The notes below the pieces were generated by a model, which was given only the letters and a program-made list of their open reading frames with translations, did no database searches and was not told the origin of the DNA. From Lama glama (lineage: Eukaryota): DNA of 64,000 nt. Made by a program: the position numbers and the translations under genes. Location: positions 10,790,001 through 10,854,000 of the forward strand of contig CM052818.1 of assembly GCA_028534125.1 (NCBI GenBank), in the 5' to 3' direction. Of the stretch, positions 23,921 through 35,500 are shown piece after piece; the first letter of the stretch is position 1, and every line of letters starts with the position of its first letter.

Positions 23921-24744
23921 TTTTGACGTAGTGTCTTTAAGAATGTAAGTATTTCACTTGAGGAGAAATATTCCTTAATAAGCAGGCAATAATTCAGAAT
24001 GGGAAAGAATTTCCCACCTTGGATATTCAGAAGCTCCATGGAAATGGACCTATTTGTATTTGGTGCCTTCCAAGGACTACCAGGTTGCTTCTTGGACCTT
24101 GAAGCAACACTTCGAACCCTTTGCTTTGTTGCCTCTCTGTTCCAAATCCAGGTGATACGTAGGGGATGCCTACAGCATTGAGTTGCACAAGGGAGAAGTT
24201 TTAAGCTCCGTGAGAAAGAGGACCATGTCTGCACAGAAAGAGTGAAAGGAAGCGCGTGTGCCATTTTATTTGTTGTTGCTGCACTGCATATCTCAAAACC
24301 AGTTCTGAGCGCCGGCGCTCTGGTTGCTATTAATGTTGCATTCGGATCTGCCTCGTAGGTGTCCTACTGAAATCACTGCTAATCAACAGCAGTAGTGTTT
24401 TCCCCTCACTTGGGAAATGAAAGATGCTGGCTCTGCTTTCAAAGGGATCCGTAGACTTTCAGTAATGGCAAAGTCAATCATTCTGGTGCATCTTTTGAAA
24501 GTTTCACTCAGCCAAGCCATTGATCCCCTTTCCGTCTTTGCCTCCAGTAGGAGCTTCCAAAGCACTCCCACTGTTTATGGCACTGCTTGGGGCCCGTCAT
24601 CACTGTGTGCAGTGTCTTTCTGGTGGTTTAGGGATAGGATAGACAGGTGACGTCGAGCAGAGCTGCCACTTTAGCCAGCTGGTAGGTCTGAGCAACATCA
24701 GTACCGGGGAGTGTATTCCTGAGCCCTGGCACCTTTTTATGTGT

Positions 24745-24983
24745 GTGGTACATTTGGTGCTTAGTTCCTGTCAGGTACTGTTCTGCGTGCTTTATAGATA
24801 TTCACATAGTTAATCCTTGTAACAACCTGATGAAGTAGGTACTGTAGTAATCCCCATTTAATAGACGAGGCGCAGAGAGATTACAAAAACTTTGCCTGAG
24901 GTCACACAGCCAGTAAACGGCAGAGCTGGGCTTTGAACCAAGGCAGTCTTGTTCCAGAGCCTGTGAATTTAAACGCTATGCCT
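24745..24983 (-). mobile_element. MIR
   Basis: taatccttgtaacaacctgatgaagtaggtact...tgcctgaggtcacacagccagtaaacggcagagctgggctttgaacc. Confidence 0.92.
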
Positions 24984-26180
24984 CATTTCCTGTGTTCAGT
25001 GTTTTTTGATTTACTTTTGTTAAACAGATACTTGTGGAAGACCCTGTACCCAAAGCACTGTATAAAACAATTTTGGAAATATGGAGAAGAGGGGGTCCAG
25101 TTACTGACTACAAAGGACACAGCATTCGGGGGAGTGAAGGGTATGCCCAGCCCTGCACAGCACATGTGGGGTGTTCTCTCCGCCTTTGAGGACACCTGAT
25201 TCTTCACTGATGGGAGGAGAACAGCCCAGATGTTGGGAGGATTGAGGCCTAGTTTTAAACAGAAAACAAAATTGTTGGAGTGCTTGTCCATTACAGACCA
25301 TTCATGTAGGTTGGGTAGGAGTGAAAAATAGAACCCCTAGTCATCCACTTAGCAAACATGTATTAAGCATTGGTAAGTACAAGGTGTGATATTGAGAAAT
25401 ACTCGAACATTATTGGTTCTTATTTTTAAATATTATTATAAAACTTCACCAATTTGGACTACATGGGGAAAAGACAGTGCAAAAAGTAATGCAAACTTGC
25501 AGATTTCATGTTCAATTAATACAGTGTTATACCTGCACATCTGTTTTTACAAGGAAGGGCAACAGGGGAGATATGGAGAAGGGGGAAGAAAACAAAGGAT
25601 TGGACATGTGCCAGTAATTCTAGCACATTTTGGTTACCAGGTCCTAGGGCTCCTCACTCTCCCTGTCTGAAGATTCTCAATGTGGGTACCTCTGCTTGGC
25701 ATTTTTAAAATCCATAGGCAGCATGAACCCTCCACCAGTGTACCAGCCCCGTAGGAATACTAAATGTACCCCATTTCATTTACAGGAAAGAAGCAAATTA
25801 AGACAGAGCATTTTTGTGTAAACCATAAACTGTGTTTAACAAGGCAGGAGGCTTGGGAATCCATGCTCAGGCTGCTTGTTTTTCCCAGCACCTTGTTAAA
25901 CATGGGTGAAAGTTTGCAAGCTGGGGAGCAGCCCACTTTTCTCTTTGTTCCTAGGAGTGGCTCTAAATGACGGTAGACCTGGGTGGATGGGGTGTAGTCT
26001 TCGATCCTGGAGTGGGAAGAGGACAGGGGAGCTCGGTGGACCTCAACTTACCACCTGCAAACAGTGCCCACCTCAGCTGGGCCCCAGGGCTTGTGTGTGA
26101 GTCTTTCTGTTTGCAAGCTCTCCGAAGAACAAGGCTGCCTCAGACACTGATTCCAACATCTAATAACACTTATTATCAAG

Positions 26181-26354
26181 CCACTCTTTCAATGTCTAAA
26201 TCAAATCCTTCATCCTTGCCGTTTAGTGCATCTCCTTTTGTTCTGCCCTGAATAAAGATGGAGAACAGCTGGTCAGCATTCCCTGTAGAATAACTCTTCA
26301 GACACTTGAAAGCTATTATTAAGTTCCCTCAGAGCCTCCTCTTCTCCAGACAAA
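26181..26354 (-). mobile_element. CR1/L3-clade LINE ORF2 C-terminal fragment
   Basis: Minus-strand translation CLEKRRL*GNLIIAFKCLKS...LFS...RTKG...FDLDI matches the CR1 motif SLEKRRLRGDLI..F.YLKG...LF...RTRG...FRLDI. Confidence 0.85.
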
Positions 26355-29300
26355 TGCTGAAGCTTTCTCTCACTTTTTTTCCTCCACTTACCTTCCTCTT
26401 TCTGACGGTAGCTCTTTCTTCAGCTTCTTCTTGGAGCCATCTGGAATTCTAACTGCATTTGTTCCTAATGGTATTGTTATTGGGAAATGATGGTGGGGGT
26501 TTTGTTTCTTTTTCAGTCATCATTTGCTGATGGCCTTAGTCTTTATCCTAGAATTTAATTCATTGGCTCAAATTCACTGAAGAATTCCCCCCAAATCTTT
26601 AAGTATTCCATGTCTATAGAGAACTTGGTAGGAAAATTGTGTGTGAATATGTGCATATGCAAATAAGTATGGTTTTCCCCTGTTTTTCATTCCTCTCTCA
26701 CTAAACATTACAGCACGATAAAATGTGTACTTTTAAAATGTCCTCCATTTTAAATGTGGTTTCAAGCCACATTTCTTCTGAATTAGGCATGGGATATTGG
26801 AGTGTGAGTGTGTGTGTGTATTACAAATTCTGATTAATTTGTAGTATCTACCCAGAATTCAATGGTGAGGAGGGTTCTGAGGCTCTGCGTAATTAAGCAG
26901 GGAAGAATAATGCTGAAATGAATGTCTGGTAGCATTACCTGTGTGCGAGAACAGGTGAAGCAGCATTATTGCCAAGTTGTGTGGTGCCTAAATAGTGCAT
27001 GAAAAATTAAAATCATAAATAACTTCTCTTCTCTCTCCTGATATTCCCTTTAGGAAATACAGCCCTTTTTTGATCTACCTGTGGGGAGCATTGTGAATTA
27101 ATTTCTCATTTACTTTGGTTCAGTATATCCCAGTACATTTTGGTGCCTCCCTCACCTTCATCCTTTGTATTCTACTGGCTCACCAGCAGTCTGGAGAGGC
27201 ATCTCCATCACATCCCAGCAGGTTATTAACCCATTCTTGGAATACTCATAGACCGAAAACTGGCCTGCTGGCCTTTTTTCCTGCCACTTGACCATCCTGC
27301 CAACATTCTAGTGGATACTTTATTCTTGGCAGCCCCTTGTCAAGAAGAGTTAGTGGGTCAATAGCACTTAATATAACCCATATATATCTTTCCTTTTTAC
27401 TGACATCAGGGGCTCTCCAAAGTAGATAACATCCAGTATACTTATTTTAGTTTCCTACCACTTTCCAGGGACCCTTTTGTTTCAGAATTTTAAAAGTACC
27501 CTTTCTTTGCACATTCAAAGAATTGTTACCATCTCACCACAAATCTCCTCCCCTCTTTCCAGGCATCTAGATCTTACCCATTGTATGCGACCCATCATCC
27601 ATGAAGCTTTTCTAAGTGTAGACTTTCAAACTTTATTGATGTCTCTCTACCCTCCTACTACAATTGTATTCCATCATTTAGCCCAATTATGTACAGTCTG
27701 TGTGCCTCGCTGATTGTTCCACGTGAACCAAGTGGTCTTCTCTCTTCAGTTACAGTCTAATCTTTTTAAGGGAAGAGGGCACACCTTCCCTTTTGTCTGT
27801 TTATTTTACCATCCTTTGTTTTGTTTTAATGTGCCCCACAGCAGTGCTGTGCTCAGAAAATAGTACTCCAGAAGAATCTATTACATGACCCTCCAAATAA
27901 GCAGCCTGACTGCTTTTCACAATGATTAGAGATTAAACGGAAAAATCTGATCACTCTTTATGGCTTTGAATAGATAAATATTTCAGAAGGTATAGTTACT
28001 AGTGACGTTAGTAAAGAAAAATGCATTTGAGGATCACACATAGTTAATAAAATGATTCTCTTTTGGAGAAGAATAAAAGTGATTTCATTTGGACAGAGCT
28101 CAAAGTATTATTAATTACACAGATGCTAATAAGGTATGGAGGAATAGCATAGAAAGGTATTGGAATGCAATTTCTCACCTGGCTTGCATAAAGGGTGATG
28201 AGATGTCCAACACAAGATTTCTCTGCTCTGGCACAGTGAACATATTAAAAATTGCAGGCAGCATCCAAAAGCAGAAACAAAATTCTTAATCCATCATTAG
28301 TAAATAATATTCACTAGTGTAGTCAGGAAAAATCAGGAAATAACCTGTTGACTCTGGTGTATGTGTGATGTTTTGGTAGGGTGTGCTTCAGCCAAAGTAG
28401 GTTTTAGAAACCCAGGAAAGACACTGGAGAACCCCAACACGGCTATCATTTTGTTCCCCACGTGATGGTGAAGCTTCCCAAAAGTCACCTGAGACGCAAA
28501 GCAAAACTGTACCATAGAATGGCATTTCTGAACCCTGGTCTAGTGGCTTAATTGATTTATACTTTATTCTTTTCAAAAGACAGCTGAATGTCAGAGGTCT
28601 TTCTTTTGTGTAGTACTGGAAAACTGGTTGTCAAACAACCTCTACTCATTCAATAATTTATCCCATTTGTAAAAGAAAGGCAGCTGACACGCAGTAAATC
28701 TACTCCATATTCAAATTACTACACTGAACAATAATAAGGGGAATGAAAAATATAGTCCATTATTTAAAATTAAACATATATGAAACTGTTTTTTTTTCCA
28801 AAGGCTATAGTTTAAAGGCAGCACTGAAACCATGAGTGGAATAAAAACGCCTAACAGTAGTTTGCAAATGGCAGTGGAATTATTTATTCTATTTTTTCTA
28901 TACATAAGGAATTGAGCTAAATGAACAATGTTTAAGCATGTCAGAATTTCATCAATTTTGCATGAGCATTCTCAAATATCCTGGTGGGGGTAATTGCTTG
29001 CAAATACATTTAAACTAATGATATGTTATATCCTTACTTGATATAAAACTATTAAAAGATACGTTATTGCATTTGACAATGCCATGCAGCTGGGTCAGAT
29101 CTTAATGACAGATTTCTGCATTTGTGAATTAAGATACACTCTGCTGGAAGCAAATATTTTGTAAAAAATAAAAGCTATATACTATGTAAGTTTGATCATT
29201 TATCTCAGGTTTCCATTTCTGTTTGTTGGGAGCTACAAGGTTTAGGAGAAAGGAAAGGTTTGTCCCTTTACTAAAATTGGGAAATGAATCCAGAACTATA

Positions 29301-30363
29301 ATTGAATCCTCATCATACCCCATTCCCCTCTGCAGGAGCGAGCAGAACTTGTAAAATCCACCATGTGGTTTTAAAGGTCCACTTAGACAGTGGTTTTTGC
29401 ATCCCTTGCAGGCTGAAGTGACTGACATGCCTCAAACCAATTAGAGAAAGTGACCCGTTCCTCCCATGAAAAAGGCATGTTTATTTTAAGGGGAATTGAA
29501 CTGGGCTGAAAGGAAACATCAGATGGGAAATAATTCAAAATAAAAAATGAAAAAAAAATCCACTTACAGAAATAGTTTTATTAAAAGGAAAATGTAACAA
29601 TTTGCTGCAAAGATTCTTTGGTTCTTTCAGGCGATTTTGGCTTTTTTATTTTTTAGTCTATTTTTTGTTTTGCCTGAGGTCAGTGTAGAGGGTCCACTTT
29701 GTATCAGCTTGGGTTTTACTTGCCTGGATCTCATCCTGCTCTTTGTGATCAAAACCCCAGTGTTATTTCCCTTCTTGACAGTGGGCTAAAATGCATATTA
29801 ATTTGTCTCCAGTGCCAGGATGTGAAAGTCCAAGATGAATTGCGAAATAGGCATTAATGTGCGTACATGATTACAGAACTTGGGGAGCTAGCTTGGCATC
29901 CCACTGGAAGTCAGATGATGTTATGATTACAAGGGAAGTATTGATATACTTACCTAATTGTTTCTTAGGACTTCGGGTTCTATTTATGATGTCATTACAA
30001 AGCCATGCATTATCTGCATAATCGCCAAGGAAGAGACGCTCATGAAGGAAAACGCATCCCACTGAGATAATGCCACAAGCTCCTGCTATACATCCAACGG
30101 CATATGTGTGGTGTTGAAATAAGAAGACAGCATGGAATAATGATGAATTTTTGTTCCCATCATGACAGAAAGCTTTTCTGAAATTATCACTATTACTGGC
30201 TTAATTGATCCATGTTCAGTGAAAGGGTTTCAGCAAATGGATGGCTTTGGGACTCAGTCTCTACTCCACAGTACAATTTCTGACAGTATCAGCCTAAGAA
30301 AGGCCAGTTACTCTTTGCAGGAGCTGTGATTGCCCTGAATAGAATGCACATGACATCTCTGAA

Positions 30364-30375
30364 AGTGTGTGTGTG

Positions 30376-30411
<36 letters not shown>
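30364..30411. repeat. (GT)n microsatellite
   Basis: About 23 GT units with one interruption. Confidence 0.97.
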
Positions 30412-30412
<1 letters not shown>

Positions 30413-31779
30413 TTTACACAGACATGCACACATAGAATTTGGCTGATAGCTTGGGGTTGAAAAATAAAGGTAAGATAAACTTGCCTCTGGAATAAGAGGA
30501 AGATAATTTTTCTCAGCGAAAAGACTCTTCATGGAGTGAAAAAATTGCACATTATTGTCGCTTGGTGTTATATATATATGGAGCTCTCGCCTTGACTCGG
30601 CAGCCTAGCAGGACTAGATCTTTTATATGGCAAAGAACAGTACAATATACCTTTACTGCAAGGTTTTCAGATACATGGTAATTCTGATACATATTCTCTC
30701 CCTCTCCTTAAAAGGCACGTATGCTCTGATTTTCAACATCATTGAAGATTATTACAACTTCACTTCATAATATACTGTAAATTTTATTATAAAGCACCGA
30801 TTCCCTGGCTCCTAAGAACAATCTCAGGGAAAGAGTGCCCTATACTTCTTCCTCTTTCAGTAATGTGAGAGGAGACCTAATGAAGCTCTTTATGCAAATT
30901 TTCCAGTTATCAGGTAAAATCTTCACATCGGAATCTGTCACATGTTGTAAAATTTCTTTATGTTATCAAATGCTAATGATGACTCAGAACACAGCCCACA
31001 GAGGATCTTTGAAATCCTTCATAAAAACTGTATTCCGCCCCAATATCAGAGGCCTTGGAAATTCCACCACTCTGAAGACGCGGGTTTGTAATTAGCATGG
31101 TGCAGGCTTTTCTGCCCTCTGAAACCATAATGTTAATTACAAAAATTACACTGTGTTTAAAAGTGCAATTAAGAGACTCCACCGCACAAAGGGAATCTTG
31201 GAACCTCTTTTCACACTTTGAAGCCAGGTCATAATGTAGCCCATAAAAAGGAGGCCAAGGCTCATTCCCTTTTAAAGGCTTCAGAAGATCAGAGAGGCGA
31301 TCTCAGCGAGAATGAGCTCTACTGAGCTCTGCAGCGCTCTTAATGAACAATGTTCTACCTGGAGCCAGGGAGGAGGAGAAAGGAGAAAATTAGCTGAAAA
31401 ATGATGGCTGTTCTACACCCAGCTTGGCTATTGCCAACATCAGCGCCCAGCTTGGGTCTACTTTGGGCCAATTCTGGAGTCATGCGCTTGGTTTTGGTGT
31501 CTGCGTGGCTCCCAAAGTGGGACCCATATATCTCTAAGTAAAACTGTAAGATGGAGTTTTGTGGATTCTGGCCTGTTTTTGGACTTCATTCAGGATGAAA
31601 CACTGAAAGTGTATTCAAACAAAAATTAGACCAGGAAATGTCTCCCCTCCCCCAACTTTTTGGAAAAAATAAGGGAGAGAAATTGTAAAATTAAGCTGAG
31701 CACTTTCTTTGGTGACTTAATGGTAGGATTCAAGCTACATTGTTGGTGGTGAAGTGTGTTAACGGCTAGTACAAAGCAA

Positions 31780-31952
31780 GCAGTTTAGACTTGTGGGCAA
31801 AATACGAGAAACAGAAGCCCGGAATTAGAGCCTCAGTTCTGCATCTATGTGATATTTAGTGACAATTTAACTTCTCAAAGCCTCAGTTTCCCCATTAGGA
31901 GAGTGTGAATAATGTAGATCTTGAGGAAGATCAAGATAGAAATATCTGGAAT
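31780..31952 (+). mobile_element. MIR fragment
   Basis: atttaacttctcaaagcctcagtttccccat core. Confidence 0.7.
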
Positions 31953-32086
31953 AAATTAGTGGAAGCAAAAATAGTCAGCAGTCTGTACAGGGGCAAGCAC
32001 ATACAAACTACAAATTAACATTACTTCAGATAATGGATAGACGTTATGGGAATTTTGGTTGAATCTCAAGGAAGTTCTTTCTCTCA

Positions 32087-32508
32087 TGCTGTGTTATATT
32101 GGTCCCTCTGCCTCCGCAAATTCATATGTTGAAGTCCTAACTCCCAGGACCCCAGACTGTGACCTTTCTTGGAAATAGGGTAACTGCAGATGTAATTAGT
32201 TAAGATGAGGTTACTGGGGGGAGGGAGCAGAATCTAATCCAACGTGATTGGTAACCCTTAAAAAAGGGAAAATTTGGGCACAGAGACATATGTGTACACT
32301 GGGAAGACACAGGGAGAGAACTGCCATCTTCAAGCCCAGGAGAGAGGCCTGGAGCAAATCCTTCCCTCAGAGCCTCAGAAAGAACCAATCCTGCCAACAC
32401 CTTGATCTTAGACCTCTGGCCTTCAGTACTGTGTGGGACAATACATTCCAGTTGTTTATGCCACCCAGTTTGTGTACTTTGGTATGGCAGTCCTAGGAAA
32501 CTAAGACA
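32087..32508 (+). mobile_element. MLT1B-like MaLR solo LTR
   Basis: TG...CA ends; aaattcatatgttgaagtcctaac, gatgtaattagttaagatgagg, cctgccaacaccttgatc, cctaggaaactaagaca. TSD tctca/tcttg, both CpG-decay products of tctcg. Confidence 0.93.
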
Positions 32509-35500
32509 TCTTGGAGTTGAATATGTCCTTCTTAAGGCTATTTTCTTTTCCTCTGGAAACTATGAAATATCTTACCTGTCTTTCAGACAAATATATGTGA
32601 GATTGCACAACCCTTTATGTCATTTGTCTCTCACTCACAGCTAGTCTTTAAGTCACTCGTCTCCAATACTGGTCCTTCACATCCACTTCTGGATTTCAGA
32701 GGCCTACTGGGGTGTCTTTGCCTCCCATTTACTTTTCCTAGGGAACACCCTGGTACAGAATTATTGCTGTCTGAGGAGCTCTACTAGGACAGGAATTAAG
32801 AAGTAGCACTCAGCCCTCTGTCTATAAGGCAGCAAAAAGCTGCCCAAATTTATTTAGACCCCCCCAAAGTTTTTGTTTTTGCCCAAAGAGCAGTAAAAGA
32901 TAGAGAAGGAAGAAACTGGCATTAGTTGCAGATTTTTCCTAGAGTTGTGGAGTGGAACCAGAATGTTATAAGTTAGAGAGAATGTTCGTCTCTCAGCAGA
33001 AGTTAGAGAAAAGATCCTGGGAAGAAGACAGGCTGGGAGATAGGCAGTTCAGCCTTGGAATTCTGGACAGCCTATAGCAGAGAGACATCTTCCTGTCCTA
33101 TTAGGGTTATCATGTAGTGTCAGGTCTGGAACTGTGCTGGCATCTCAGAAAACAGTGATAGTTACTCTAGAAAGAGATGTTTATATGGCAGGTAACATGA
33201 CTTTTAAAACTCAGGAAGATATTTTTAATCATCCTTTTTAAAAAATATCTGTCCCCAGTTTCTCTCTGACACACATAAACACACCCACCCATATACACAC
33301 AGACATACATGCTAAATCCCAGATCCTCATTTTGCATCTTTTTGATTAGTTTTGCAAAACCTGCAAAAAGCATTTCTCAGGTGCCTAGAACATTGAGGTA
33401 AGTGCTACCTAAGTAATTTCCATCTGGGGAATTTTTGATTCTCTGTCCCCTGAAGACCCTGGGATGTGTTAAACTCACTGTTTTGTACTCATGAGCCCCT
33501 ATGTGGTCTCTGAGTTGGTGCACTTTGCTTAATCCTTCCTTCCATTTACAAATAAGTTTCTTGTGAAGTCTAATGTGAAAACTCCCAACACTGCCCAATA
33601 AATCACCACCCTGACGTTTTGTAGAAACATTGAAGATTGGTAGTGAAACTGATTTAAAGATGGGAGGGAAATTCTTTGTTCCCCTCGCACCCCCCCGCCC
33701 CGCCCCCAAAGTCCTGCACAGTGTGCTGTCCATTGGCCTGGGCTGTTTGGCCTGCGTGTCTGGAAAAATTCACTTCCTCCTCCTTCATCTTCTACCTGCC
33801 CGACTCGTTACAGAACCAGACAGTTTACATATGTGATCCTTCCTATTTAGAAAATTAATGGTGTTTTCTGGCTCCAAATCACAGCTTGTGGTGCTCTGCA
33901 GGCGATGAAAAACTTGGCCAGCTTCAGCAGCAAGGCAGCCATTAGAAAATTAACCCTTGGTGACCAAGGAGCAAAGGTAGGCGAGTAGGGTCCTGGCGAC
34001 GTGGCAGGCTGTAGCTTTCAGGTGTCGATACATATGTTAGCCGTGTAGGAACAGCACACACAGGGCCCCCTGAGAGCTTCTAGCTAGCATGTTTGTGGTT
34101 GGCCACTGTGGAGAGGGCACGGACATAGCACTTGGCAGCCAGTGCAACCAATATGCCACGCTTTTTATTAGAGCTCAGTAGAGAGCCCAGAGGCTGGCTC
34201 TGGAATGCCAGCCATCACTGTCTTGGCTCAACCTGATTAAAAGATGTGCCATTCGTCGCCGTCCCTGCATGCCTTCATTTCACACCCCTGTGCAGTGCCC
34301 TCCCTGCCTGCCTCGGGAAATGGCTGGCCTCAGAAGGACAGAATCCTCAAAGCCAGGGTGGGAGAAAACTTTTAAGTGTCTAATCCTACTTTAATACAGT
34401 AATTTAATGTATTTAATAATTAAAAAAATTAAGTCTCCCCTGCTTGCTTTCTTATAGGATTTTTTTTTTTTGGTTTGTCTGTTTTGTTTTCATATGTGGG
34501 AGCAAAAAGGGACTATTTCCTTGTGTAGTTTTGAAACTTCTGTGTGTGTGTATGTGTGTGTGTTTGTGTGTGAAGGAGGATGAGGGTCAGAGGATGGAGC
34601 TTGGAAATGTCAAGTCTAACTTTGGGAATTTGGTTTCTTGAAGGCAGTATTCTTGGACCGTTGTTACAGTTTTCTCTCTTCACAGTAACGACTAAACTAA
34701 TGTGTTTTAAAGGTTCAGCTCTGATCCTGGGTTTATCCCCAATGAAAAGAAAATCATTTTCCTTGCCCTGTCCCAATAGAACCGGCTTCAGTGGCCCCCA
34801 GCATCAAGGGCACTGAGGCATGTTTTCTGTATTTATTACTTAAACTGATGAGATGCGAGGACCCTGGTTTCTCAGCAGTCGTAGCTCCCTGAACCTACCA
34901 CTGAGGGGAGGAGAAGGGCAGCCCAGAGTGCAGCAGCACCGGCGATCGTGGACTCAAGACTTCCTGCTTCCACCCCCTGCACACCTATCCTGCAATCCTG
35001 AAGTCGGTTGTATTTTTAGGTTCCTAGTACAGGAAAACACAGCTGCTTATTTTACTGCTTCTGAATGCTGTGCTCCGTGGTATTCAATGAAATCAGACTA
35101 CATTCATCTCTAACATTGTGTAACACCAGCTTTAATACAAACAGGGGTAAATAACGCTGGCACATTAATTACTCCTTTCTAGTTTACTCTGACAAAAATG
35201 TGCTAAAATGAAGACTAATATAATTATAGATGATGCATTTTCAATTAGCCTTTGTTAATACTATTAATAAGATTAATAATATATACTAAAAATGTCAATA
35301 TGCTTATCTAAATAAATTTTTTAAATCATCGTTTCAAGTCCTAGCGTCAAACATTAAGGCACAGTGTCTTAATTACATGTGCTCGTCAACAAAGTTAAAT
35401 GGTTAACATCCCTCAAGTGTGGCAGAGACAGAGGCGAGCTCCAAAGCTGCCTACATGTTCACCTTTCTCAGCCCCATTTTACTTTTCTGTGAACCATCAG

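Noticed and set aside
26939..26987. 49-nt minus-strand exon-like segment (tttag...cag/gtaatg); a similar one lies near 28178-28226
   Set aside because: Not frame-preserving, peptide unrecognised, and such splice-like pairs are common by chance.
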